This document shows positions 17,101 to 26,038 of a stretch of DNA of 64,000 bases, in pieces; position 1 is the first letter of the stretch; each line of letters opens with the position of its first letter. Both the position numbers and the translations under genes were made by a program. Origin of the DNA: Dehalococcoidia bacterium (GTDB lineage Bacteria; Chloroflexota; Dehalococcoidia; Lucifugimonadales; VXLM01); contig CBDDPU010000004.1 in the NCBI GenBank assembly GCA_965232435.1, positions 2,172,423-2,236,422 on the forward strand. Reading direction: 5' to 3'. The notes below the pieces were generated by a model. That model worked only from the letters and a program-made list of their open reading frames with translations, was not told the DNA's origin and did no database searches.

Positions 17101-18153
17101 CTACTGCGTTCTCTTGAAAATTTGGAAGCGGTGACGGTTGCTCTCCACCACATACACCCTATCCTGATCATCCACCGTCACGGCGACGGGACCCCAGAAG
17201 TACGGCTCGGTCTGCGAAGATACCTGGTATGGATCGGCGGCGAGATGCGGAGGCAATTCCGGCGTCAAGTTCGCGATTTTCCGTACCTCAACCTCATCCG
17301 GATTCGAGTTGAAAAAATCCTGCGCCCACTGCGAGAGTGTGGCGCTCCCTCGCTCGGTGACATAGAGGGCCCCGTTTGGCGTGAGTACCTGGAGCCGCTC
17401 GTTGCCCCAATCGGTCACGTAGATGTACCCTTCCGAATCGACGGCGACGTCGGAAGGACGATTGAACAGCGTGTTCTCTAATCCACCAGGCGTGTTTTGC
17501 AGTCCACCAAAAGTCTGAAGGTGCTTGCCGTCGGACGAGAATCGCTTGACTGCGTTATGACGCCAATCGGCTACGAGGACGTTGTCGTCCGCATCCATAC
17601 AGAGCCCCCACGGCTGATACAGGCTGTGCCAAGGGGTCACGTCCTCCTCCCGTCCAAATCTGAGAAGAAAACGTCCGTCTGAGGTGAACTTGCTGATGGC
17701 GTGATTATGCTGATCGGCGATGTACACATTGTCGTCGGAGTCGATAGCGATACCGGCGGGACCGTTGAGCTTCCCCTCATCGGAGCCGTGCTCTCCCCAT
17801 TGCTTCTCAAATTCGCCTTCAGAGCTATAAATGACGACGCGATGATTGTACTCGTCGGTAATGTACAAACGGTCTTGGCTGTCGAAAGCCATAGCGACAG
17901 GTAAGATGAACTGACCTGGGCCACTCCCGTGTCCCTCGCTGAATTCGAACAGGAAATTCTCATCGAAGTCCTGAACCCCCACCCGGATCGCGCGGGCGCG
18001 GGGCGGATCGCAGCGACTGATGACGTAAATGCGACCATTGCCGCTTATGGCGATACCGTATGGATTGGCAAAGCCGCGACCATTGTCGCCGTTATTCGTA
18101 ATACCAATGGTCTTGATGTATTCGAGTGTGGCGGTTTCCGTTGCGGTCGTCAT
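17101..18153 (-). CDS. NHL-repeat six-bladed beta-propeller protein (copy A)
   Basis: Repeated G.F..P.G.A.D..G..YV.D..N.R.. units (for example LYITDEYNHRVVIY, VYIADQHNHAISKF, VLVADWRHNAVKRF, IYVTDWGNERLQVL, VYVVESNRHRFQIF). Confidence 0.75.
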   Translation of the reverse strand: MTTATETATLEYIKTIGITNNGDNGRGFANPYGIAISGNGRIYVISRCDPPRARAIRVGVQDFDENFLFEFSEGHGSGPGQFILPVAMAFDSQDRLYITDEYNHRVVIYSSEGEFEKQWGEHGSDEGKLNGPAGIAIDSDDNVYIADQHNHAISKFTSDGRFLLRFGREEDVTPWHSLYQPWGLCMDADDNVLVADWRHNAVKRFSSDGKHLQTFGGLQNTPGGLENTLFNRPSDVAVDSEGYIYVTDWGNERLQVLTPNGALYVTERGSATLSQWAQDFFNSNPDEVEVRKIANLTPELPPHLAADPYQVSSQTEPYFWGPVAVTVDDQDRVYVVESNRHRFQIFKRTQ

Positions 18154-18197
18154 TAGCGTACATGAACTCCGTTGTGGGCAAGAGTATATGAATCACT

Positions 18198-19610
18198 TCA
18201 CGCCATCTGATATTCCCTGGTGGCCGCTATGAGGCCCAGCAATTCACCTACACGCTGCCCAGAATCGTCCTCCGATAGGCTCAAGTCGCCCTGCTTGGCA
18301 ACGTGGTCGATGAGGGCCGTCCGAGTACTGCCGGACAAGGAAATCGCGCCCATTTGGTCGAGGCAGTTATCCACCACTTCATCCGGCGTGAGAGTTCCAC
18401 CTTTCGCATCCGCGAGCTTCTCGATTATCAGTTGAATGCCCGGTTTGGAAGAATCGGACAACTCGTTCGCCACAAAGTTGACTCGCTCGACCAGCGCGCC
18501 GCTGTCGATCCACTCTTCGGCCTCATGCCACCCTTCAACAGTCGGTGGGTTGAGAAGCCCTTGTCCCATGAAGAAGGCCTGTTCAGCCACGTTTTCGATG
18601 CCCAGAGTCGGCTGCCGATAACTGCCCGCGGTCTTGATCGCCCCAACCACATACTCAACCGGCCCCTTCACCCGCGCGTACCGGGCCGCGTCCGATTTGA
18701 AGTAGCCGGAGTTAAACAGAGTGCGCAGAACGGCCTTGATCTCATAGTCCGACGCGAAGTAAGCGGAAATCATTTCCTCAATGACTGCCCTGCCATCTTC
18801 ATCTACGCGATCGGCCGCGAAGAACTGGAAAAGCCGGGTGCAAATGAATTCCGCCGTCGCTCGTTGCCTGCAGATGATGGCAACAATGTCCTCGCCATTG
18901 AAATTACCGGTCTCGCCAAGGAAGGTCTTCTCGCCCTCATCATGGTCGTCCGCGCGGTACTGATAGTGCCACGCGATCCGGCTATACGGCCAAATCGAAT
19001 CCTTCATCGCGCGCATAGCCATGTACTCCACGTTCCCAAGGGTCCATCCGGTGAACGCGCGGGAGGCTTCCTTGATATCGTCCTCGGTATAGTTGCCGAT
19101 TCCCATCGAGAAGAGCTCCAACAGCTCCCGTCCATAGTTCTCATTAATGTTTCCGTTGTGATTCTCGTTGTTGTCGAGCCACAGCAGCATCGCCGGATCC
19201 TTGGACAATTCGATGAGGAGAGTATCGAACCTGCCCAGTCCATGCTGGCGAAACATGTCAATCTGATTGAGGAGGGATCGCGCCTGATTGAGCTTGGTAT
19301 AACCCGTCGCAAAGAGGCTGTGGAAAAAGAGCGCAACTCGCTCCTCCAGCGGATTCTTCGTGGTTATCATGCGATAGAGCCAGTTGCCCGCAGCCGAGTA
19401 CGGCTGACGCAGCTCCGACTGGTCAACGTGATATCGACGAATGGCATCTTGCGGGAGATCACGGGAATCGCCGGGGTTCAATAGCTCTTCGACGGTCTCC
19501 TCATAGCCTTTTGTCGCCCGTTGCTCAAGCTCACTGAGTGAAGCTCCGAACGCGGCACGGCGCATCAAGTGGGCCATAAGGTCTATATCTTGCCTTGCTG
19601 TCGTAGTCAT
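18198..19610 (-). CDS. DUF1800 domain protein (copy A)
   Basis: DIDLMAHLMRRAAFGAS, FWHSLFAT, NENYGRELLELFSMGIGNYTEDDIKEASRAFTGWT. GGAGGA SD upstream. Confidence 0.8.
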   Translation of the reverse strand: MTTTARQDIDLMAHLMRRAAFGASLSELEQRATKGYEETVEELLNPGDSRDLPQDAIRRYHVDQSELRQPYSAAGNWLYRMITTKNPLEERVALFFHSLFATGYTKLNQARSLLNQIDMFRQHGLGRFDTLLIELSKDPAMLLWLDNNENHNGNINENYGRELLELFSMGIGNYTEDDIKEASRAFTGWTLGNVEYMAMRAMKDSIWPYSRIAWHYQYRADDHDEGEKTFLGETGNFNGEDIVAIICRQRATAEFICTRLFQFFAADRVDEDGRAVIEEMISAYFASDYEIKAVLRTLFNSGYFKSDAARYARVKGPVEYVVGAIKTAGSYRQPTLGIENVAEQAFFMGQGLLNPPTVEGWHEAEEWIDSGALVERVNFVANELSDSSKPGIQLIIEKLADAKGGTLTPDEVVDNCLDQMGAISLSGSTRTALIDHVAKQGDLSLSEDDSGQRVGELLGLIAATREYQMA

Positions 19611-19676
19611 CGCTTCCTCCTACGTTCAAACGTGGTTGCCTGCTCCAAATGAAGCTCGGGACGAAATTACCCTCAA

Positions 19677-20702
19677 TCACATTGACTTGGCATACACCTG
19701 AATCCGATGCCTGTTCCGCTCCAAGACGAACAAACGCCCTTCAGGGTCGAGGCGCACACTGATAGGACTCCAAAATATCGTCTCGATCTGCGACGCCACT
19801 TCGTGCGGGTCGGCGGTTCTTAGCAGATGATACTGTTCAAGGTCGGATTCGGCCCTCAACCGGTTTTCATCAAGATTCGCATCAAGAAACTCCTGGGCCC
19901 AAACGGATGTTGTCGCTTGACCTTTCAGCGCCTGCACAAAGCCGCCCTCGGGATCGAACACCTGAACTCGCTCGTTCCCCCAATCGGCAACGTACACATA
20001 GCCATCTTTGTCGACCTCAACAGAGGCCGGCCGATGAAGCTGACCCTCCCCATCACCCTGCTCTCCATACGATCCCACGAACTCGCCGTTCGACGTGAAA
20101 CGCTGAATGCGGTCGTTCCGCCAGTCAGCCACGTATAGGTCACCGTCAGGCGCGACCCGAATTCCCCAGGGAAGATTGAACTCCCCTTCTCCGTCTCCCT
20201 CCGAGCCAAAAGACTCCAGGAAAATCCCGTCCCTCGTGAACTTCTGAATGCGGTTGTTCTGATGGTCGACAATGAGCAAGTTGTCGTCGGCGTCGCACTC
20301 AATACCTGAAGGCCCGTTGATCATTCCCGGCTCAGAACCTTTCGTACCCCAATTCTTTACGAACTTGACGTCCCGGTCGAAGACGGAAACCCGCTGCAGG
20401 TACTCATCGGTCACATAGACATTGCCTTCGGAGTCGAGCGCAATATCCGTCGGCCACGTAAACTGGCCCTCCCCGCTGCCGTACGACCCGAAGTCGCCGT
20501 AATACCCGGAGTGGTAGTCCATAACGGTAATTCTGGCGCCGCGGGTATCTCCGTCGTGCGACCTTCCCTGCACGTACAACCGACCGTCTGGGCGGAACGT
20601 CATTGCTACGGCGTAATAGAAACCGCGAGCGTCCATAGCCGCGACTCCGAGCGTGCGGTCATACGTTAGAAATTGCGGTCGGGCAGTTGTAGTTGTTGTC
20701 AT
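19677..20702 (-). CDS. NHL-repeat six-bladed beta-propeller protein (copy B)
   Basis: Paralog of 17101-18153, with VYVTDEYLQRVSVF, LLIVDHQNNRIQKF, LYVADWRNDRIQRF, VYVADWGNERVQVF and LFVLERNRHRIQVY units. Confidence 0.75.
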   Translation of the reverse strand: MTTTTTARPQFLTYDRTLGVAAMDARGFYYAVAMTFRPDGRLYVQGRSHDGDTRGARITVMDYHSGYYGDFGSYGSGEGQFTWPTDIALDSEGNVYVTDEYLQRVSVFDRDVKFVKNWGTKGSEPGMINGPSGIECDADDNLLIVDHQNNRIQKFTRDGIFLESFGSEGDGEGEFNLPWGIRVAPDGDLYVADWRNDRIQRFTSNGEFVGSYGEQGDGEGQLHRPASVEVDKDGYVYVADWGNERVQVFDPEGGFVQALKGQATTSVWAQEFLDANLDENRLRAESDLEQYHLLRTADPHEVASQIETIFWSPISVRLDPEGRLFVLERNRHRIQVYAKSM

Positions 20703-20734
20703 CGGTTCAGAGTGATGGCCGATATGCTGGCCGT

Positions 20735-22177
20735 TTAGCCCTTCTGGAACTCCGGCGTTGCTCCGATAAGCTGTACCATCTCCGCTATACGCCTCCGACC
20801 GCTGCCGTCCCCGTTGACCGTGATTTCTCCGTCACGCGCCGCGTGCTGGACCAGCGATTTGTGGGAGGTTTCCGTAATACGGATCGCGCCCATGCGGTCG
20901 AGGCAGACCTCCACCAACTCATGAGGCTGCACGGAACCGCCTCTCGCAGCAATGTCAGAATCCACTGTATCGGCGATGCCGTGAGCCGCATCTTGAGAAA
21001 AGTGTTCGGAGGCAAAATTAATGCGCTCTACAAGGTTGCCCGTGTCGATCCATTCGTCCCCCCAGTGCCAGCCCTCCACGCTCGGCGGATTAACCAAGGT
21101 CTGTCCCATCAAACCCATTGCGTTGGCGTCTTCCTGGATTGCGGGGGAGAAGGAACGATGTTCGCCCGTCAGGCGGAGGACGCCAGCCACGAGCTCAGCG
21201 GGACTCTTTACTTTCTCGTACCATACCGATTCCGACTTGAAGAAGTCCGAGCGGAACATGGCGTCAAGCATTGGCTTGATGGTGCACCCCCCCTTGAAGT
21301 AGGCCTCGGACAAAATGTCGATGGCCTCAGGGTCTCGCGGCGGAGTGTAGGGCCATGAAGGCACAGGCGGCTCGTCGGCGACGAAGAAACTATACATGTG
21401 CCGAGCAAGAAAACGCGCCGTCGCCTGCTGGTCGCAGATGATATCCACGATGTCCTCGCCGTTGAACTTCCCCTTGTGTCCGAGGAAGACGATCTCCCCT
21501 TCGTCGTGGTCGTAGTCTCGGAACTCGAAATGCAGGTTCAGCCGACCGTAGGGCCAAAGCGAATCGTTGTCCGCCTTGAGCTTCATGTACTCGGTGTTTC
21601 CAATCGTCCAGCCGGTAAAGGCTCGAGAGGCCTCCTTCACGTCGTCTTCAGTGTAGTTCCCAACGCCCATGGAGAAGAGCTCCAGAAGCTCCCTTCCGTA
21701 GTTCTCGTTTATCGCGCCGTTGTGGTTGTCGTTGTTGTCGAGCCAGATAATCATTGAAGGGTCTCTGGACAATTCGACGAGGAGTGTTCGCAAGTCTCCG
21801 AACCCGTGATTACGAAACATTTGGATCTGATCCATCAGGACCTTGCCTTGAGCCAACTTGGAATATCCCGTGGCAAAGACCCCGTGCCAAAAGAGAGCGA
21901 CCTTCTCAACCAGCGGAGTTTGGCTGTTTATCATCCGGTGGAGCCAATACGCGCCAAAACCGGCCATGCCCAAACCACCGGAGTGGTCGGGATGATATCG
22001 CCGAATCAAATCGATCTGGATGCCGTCGGGGCGGCCGGTGTCCAGCAGCATATCGACGGTAGCGTCGTAACCCTGTGCGGTATGTTGCTGGATCTCATTG
22101 CGAGTCGCGCCGAAACCCGCCCTCCGCATGAGATGCGCCATGAGCTCGATATCGTGATTTGCCATCGCTGCCCCCAT
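20735..22177 (-). CDS. DUF1800 domain protein (copy B)
   Basis: DIELMAHLMRRAGFGAT, FWHGVFAT, NENYGRELLELFSMGVGNYTEDDVKEASRAFTGWT. The start may be the ATG at 22165. Confidence 0.8.
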   Translation of the reverse strand: MGAAMANHDIELMAHLMRRAGFGATRNEIQQHTAQGYDATVDMLLDTGRPDGIQIDLIRRYHPDHSGGLGMAGFGAYWLHRMINSQTPLVEKVALFWHGVFATGYSKLAQGKVLMDQIQMFRNHGFGDLRTLLVELSRDPSMIIWLDNNDNHNGAINENYGRELLELFSMGVGNYTEDDVKEASRAFTGWTIGNTEYMKLKADNDSLWPYGRLNLHFEFRDYDHDEGEIVFLGHKGKFNGEDIVDIICDQQATARFLARHMYSFFVADEPPVPSWPYTPPRDPEAIDILSEAYFKGGCTIKPMLDAMFRSDFFKSESVWYEKVKSPAELVAGVLRLTGEHRSFSPAIQEDANAMGLMGQTLVNPPSVEGWHWGDEWIDTGNLVERINFASEHFSQDAAHGIADTVDSDIAARGGSVQPHELVEVCLDRMGAIRITETSHKSLVQHAARDGEITVNGDGSGRRRIAEMVQLIGATPEFQKG

Positions 22178-22187
22178 GTATAGCTGC

Positions 22188-22694
22188 TTACTCTTGCTGT
22201 ATTGCGCCGGTCAGTGAATCGAAAAAGACAAACGGCTGAAGGATCGAAGGCTTCCATCCGGTGACCTCCTGGATGAAGCCGCCTTTGTGGCTCTGTCGAA
22301 CATTCCACTCCTTATCCATCACCGGAAGCTCCAGCCAGTTGAGTTCCTGATTCGTCTCAAGATGAATTGGCCAAGTGAAAAATGTCAGAAAATTCTCCCG
22401 GGCGTGGCCGACGTAATGTTCGTACTGGAACGGTATCAATTCAAACACCCTCGAGTCTTCGCTCTCCACGTACCAGTAGATAGGAACGAGTCCCCCGGGA
22501 TACGCCCTTGAACGAATACGACCCACCCAAAGCCTCATGAGATCGGACGCGCTCATCGTGTCCGGACTGAAGTCATCGCTGATGGAATCGAGGACAAGCT
22601 CCCAGCCGGCCCGCAAATCGGTTCTCCACAATTCACCGCTGCGACGGCCTTCAAACTGCCAGACCCTGGTTTTTTGCCCTTCCGGCACCTCCAA
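22188..22694 (-). CDS. Hypothetical W-rich protein, no recognised domain
   Basis: 168-aa ORF embedded co-directionally between the DUF1501 and DUF1800 genes. TTG start is uncertain. Confidence 0.45.
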   Translation of the reverse strand: MEVPEGQKTRVWQFEGRRSGELWRTDLRAGWELVLDSISDDFSPDTMSASDLMRLWVGRIRSRAYPGGLVPIYWYVESEDSRVFELIPFQYEHYVGHARENFLTFFTWPIHLETNQELNWLELPVMDKEWNVRQSHKGGFIQEVTGWKPSILQPFVFFDSLTGAIQQE

Positions 22695-22719
22695 ATTACC
22701 CTAAAGCTGAACGGCGGAC

Positions 22720-23883
22720 CTAGTGCGCGCCGTTGCCGTTTGTTCCGCTTCCGTTTCGGAAGAAATCAAACTTGTCGAACGTGCCATTCACGATCGGCAC
22801 AGCGTCAAGACCGAACCAGTCCTCCAATACGGAGGTGTAGGTAATACGGAAATCGTTGTTGAAATGAAGGTCGCCCTCAAGATGGTCTCGCTCCTTCAGA
22901 GATGGATACGAACTGTAAATGCCTCCCTTGACGTTGTTGCCGATAAGGAAGGCGACCCCGCCCGAGCCGTGGTCGGTGCCGGAACCGTTGTCCTTAATCC
23001 GCCTGCCGAACTCCGAGAAGAGCAATATAGCCGTATCGTCGCCCGCATTGTGCTCATCCATGTCATCCATGAAGTCGCCGATGGCAGTCGACAACTCCGA
23101 CCACAGCTGGTAATGCGTGGCGAGCTCCCCCGCGTGCGTGTCATAGCTGCCCTGCTGCGTGTAGTAGATGCGGGTGCCGAGATCGGCAAACATCACCTGC
23201 GCTGCGTCCCGGAGATTCTGTCCTATTGAGGTCGCGGCGTATTCCACGTTGGACTGATACTTGTCGACGGCAGTCCTGAGAATGTCAGCGCCCTTGAGAG
23301 CGTCGGTGCCCGTTTGACCGAGAAACTCCATGACGGCATCGCCGCCATTCGCCGAGCCGTACATCTTGGCGAATGTGTCGAGCACGGACTTCCGACGGTT
23401 CTCATCATCGACATCCGTAAATAGTCCGTAAGTCTCGAGGTTGCCCACGGATGCCACAGGGACGCCCCGCTTGCCGAGCGCCCGCGGAAGGCCTCGCCCG
23501 AAATTCACCGCGGTAAGCACGTTCTGACCGTCCGGGTCGAGTTCCTGAGTCGTGCGGCCGAGCCATCCCTCGTTGCCGATGTCTTCCGGCAATGCCGTGT
23601 GCCAAATGTCCATCGAGCGGAAGTGCGAGCGATTAGGGTTCGGATAACCAATGCCGTGAATGATCGCCACCTTCCCTTCGTCCCATAGCCGCTTGATCGA
23701 CTCCATCCCAGGACGGAACCCGGTTTCATCATCAATCGGCAGCACGTCTTCAGGGCGTATGCGGATCGCCCCGCGAAAGTCGTAGTACAAACCATTGCCG
23801 TAGGGCACAATGGTATTCAAATAGTCGTTCCCGCCGCTAAGCTGGACGACGACCAGTTTGTTTGTGTCGGTTGCCGTTGTCAT
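22720..23883 (-). CDS. DUF1501 domain protein (alkaline-phosphatase/sulfatase-like superfamily), no Tat leader
   Basis: VVVQLSGGNDYLN, GSYDTHA, FSEFGRR...NGSGTDHGSGG. Start trimmed to the ATG at 23883 (AGGGAG SD upstream). Confidence 0.8.
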   Translation of the reverse strand: MTTATDTNKLVVVQLSGGNDYLNTIVPYGNGLYYDFRGAIRIRPEDVLPIDDETGFRPGMESIKRLWDEGKVAIIHGIGYPNPNRSHFRSMDIWHTALPEDIGNEGWLGRTTQELDPDGQNVLTAVNFGRGLPRALGKRGVPVASVGNLETYGLFTDVDDENRRKSVLDTFAKMYGSANGGDAVMEFLGQTGTDALKGADILRTAVDKYQSNVEYAATSIGQNLRDAAQVMFADLGTRIYYTQQGSYDTHAGELATHYQLWSELSTAIGDFMDDMDEHNAGDDTAILLFSEFGRRIKDNGSGTDHGSGGVAFLIGNNVKGGIYSSYPSLKERDHLEGDLHFNNDFRITYTSVLEDWFGLDAVPIVNGTFDKFDFFRNGSGTNGNGAH

Positions 23884-23950
23884 GTCTAATCTCCCTTCCG
23901 GCGCATAGGCGTTTCCACCCGCCGTCACAGCGTGGTTGACGTTTCGGCTA

Positions 23951-23979
23951 AATCTACAACAATCGTGTCAGTCTAGCAA
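23951..23979 (-). promoter_or_regulatory. Candidate promoter TTGCTA-17 nt-TAGATT for the DUF1501 operon
   Basis: Hexamers read on the minus strand, about 70 nt upstream of the 23883 start. Confidence 0.3.
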
Positions 23980-24111
23980 GACCTTTGGAAGATTGTATAC
24001 GACATGGTTGAGAACATTATAAAGCCCGCCGACACCAAACTCCGCTTTACTTTGTCCGCCTGCTAGTTTAGCCTCATGGTGACAATCGGACAGCCAACAA
24101 GGAGAACAAGA

Positions 24112-24882
24112 GTGCAAAACCGCATAAAAAAGAAACTTCAGGACGGCAAGGCAATAATCGGGACGATTCCGACCATCGACCATCACGCCACTCTTCAAGT
24201 GCTCGCAGCGTCGGACTTCGACTTCTTTCTCATCGACACACAGCACAGCCCAATCGACATCACTACGCTCTACAAGATGCTCACCGATCTGGGCAGGTCG
24301 AAAGAAGTCATCGTCCGTGTGCCATTCAACGAGACCTACCTCATTAACTCTGCCCTCGACGCGGGAGCGGACGGCGTCATCGTCCCGCTCACGAACACCC
24401 CTGAAGCCGTCGAGAAGGCCATCCAGGCCGCCAAATTTCCCCCCAGGGGTGTGCGTAGCTGGGGGCCGAAGGGAGCGGTCAACTATGGCGGCGCAGAGAA
24501 GTACGCCGCCGTCGCCAATGACGAGGTCATAGTCTGGCCACAGATCGAGACGCTTGAGGCAGTCGAACACCTCGACGACATCCTCTCTATCGACGGCGTC
24601 GACGGCATCATGATCGGCCCCGCAGACCTCGGCTGGTCTATGGGATATATGCCCCACGAAGGGATGGAGGAAGTCGACAAGATGTTTCAGCACGTGCTCG
24701 ATAAGTGTATTGAGCACAACGTCCCATGGGGAATGTTCACATCCACCTATGAACGGGCCGAAAAGTGGCTAACGAGCGGTGGGAAGATAGCCACCGTCGG
24801 CGCAGACTCTGCCTTCATGGCCGAGGGAATGGCAGCCACTGAAAAACTGGTGAACGAACTGCGAAACAGGGTCAACGGATAA
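24112..24882 (+). CDS. HpcH/HpaI family aldolase
   Basis: FDF..ID.QH and the D.GA.G...P.......A.....KFPP.G.R pattern. GTG start at 24112 with GGAG 7 nt upstream. Confidence 0.75.
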   Translation: MQNRIKKKLQDGKAIIGTIPTIDHHATLQVLAASDFDFFLIDTQHSPIDITTLYKMLTDLGRSKEVIVRVPFNETYLINSALDAGADGVIVPLTNTPEAVEKAIQAAKFPPRGVRSWGPKGAVNYGGAEKYAAVANDEVIVWPQIETLEAVEHLDDILSIDGVDGIMIGPADLGWSMGYMPHEGMEEVDKMFQHVLDKCIEHNVPWGMFTSTYERAEKWLTSGGKIATVGADSAFMAEGMAATEKLVNELRNRVNG

Positions 24883-25048
24883 ACATGGACTGAACAAGGT
24901 CACTCGAACCGCTTGGCCATTGATTTCGTTCAACCGCGCGCGGCGTCCAAAATCATGGAGAATCTCAAGCGAACGCCGTTCTCCCTAGAGTATCCTCACA
25001 GTCACTTCATGAATTCTCGCCGTCCGTTGGCCCAGCGGTGAGGTCCTT

Positions 25049-25993
25049 TCATGCCGGGCCGGAAACTGTTTCGGCGGACGGAGACCTTCCGAGCAGTCGC
25101 AACGCGAACCGACCAACCGCGCCGGACTCCCACACTACTAACAGAGGCGTGGCGATGCCTATACTGCTGTAAGTCCCTGCGATCACGCCAATGATGAGCA
25201 CCCAGAGGAAGATGCGGATCGTCTCGCCACCTACCAGCAGGAGCGCGAGTAGAGTAAACAAAAGCGTCAAGCTCGTATTGAGCGATCGCCCCATACTCTC
25301 CATGATGCTGATGTTTGCGTTCTGAGAAAGAGTTCGGTTGGGGTACAGGATGATGTTCTCCCGAAGACGATCGAACACCACGATAGTGTCGTTCACGCTG
25401 TAGCCGATCACGGTCAAAATTGCCACAAGGAACATCGTGTTGACTTCAATATCGGCCACCTCGCCAAGAATCGCGAATATGCCGATAACGATCATCGAGT
25501 CATGGACCAATGCTACGATGGCGGCGAGACCATAGCGGAACGGACTCGGAACGTTACGGAACGCCCACCACAAATACAGAAAGATGCCCACCGCCGCAGC
25601 GACCACGGCATAAAACGCATTCAGCACAGTCTCCGCAGCGACAACCGGTGAAACAAGGTCGAATGCCAGCAGTTCCACTCCTCCCGGTGAGGCGCGTCGC
25701 TGTATCGCCTCGATGACGCCGTTTTTCTCCGCATCGTTCAATTCCTTTGTGCGGATGAAGAACGTCTTGTCGTCCATCCTCTGGATAACCGCATCGGGAT
25801 ACCCGATATCCGTCATCACCTCTCGAAGCCTTTCCTGGCTGACCGAGTCGGTCACGTCGAACATGATGGACGATCCACCGGTGAAATCGATGCCCGGCTT
25901 GAGCCCCGGCGCGATGATGAGGAACACAACCCCGGGCAGGAGGATTAGTCCCGATAGAATGAAGAACCAGATGCGCTTTCCTACAAAGTCCAC
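25049..25993 (-). CDS. secF: Protein translocase subunit SecF
   Basis: GIDFTGGS, VVFDR.RE and 6 TM helices, directly downstream of secD. Confidence 0.9.
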   Translation of the reverse strand: MDFVGKRIWFFILSGLILLPGVVFLIIAPGLKPGIDFTGGSSIMFDVTDSVSQERLREVMTDIGYPDAVIQRMDDKTFFIRTKELNDAEKNGVIEAIQRRASPGGVELLAFDLVSPVVAAETVLNAFYAVVAAAVGIFLYLWWAFRNVPSPFRYGLAAIVALVHDSMIVIGIFAILGEVADIEVNTMFLVAILTVIGYSVNDTIVVFDRLRENIILYPNRTLSQNANISIMESMGRSLNTSLTLLFTLLALLLVGGETIRIFLWVLIIGVIAGTYSSIGIATPLLVVWESGAVGRFALRLLGRSPSAETVSGPA

Positions 25994-26038
25994 GAATTTA
26001 CTCCTGGCAATACTAATTCAGAAGAGGCCGCAGCCATT

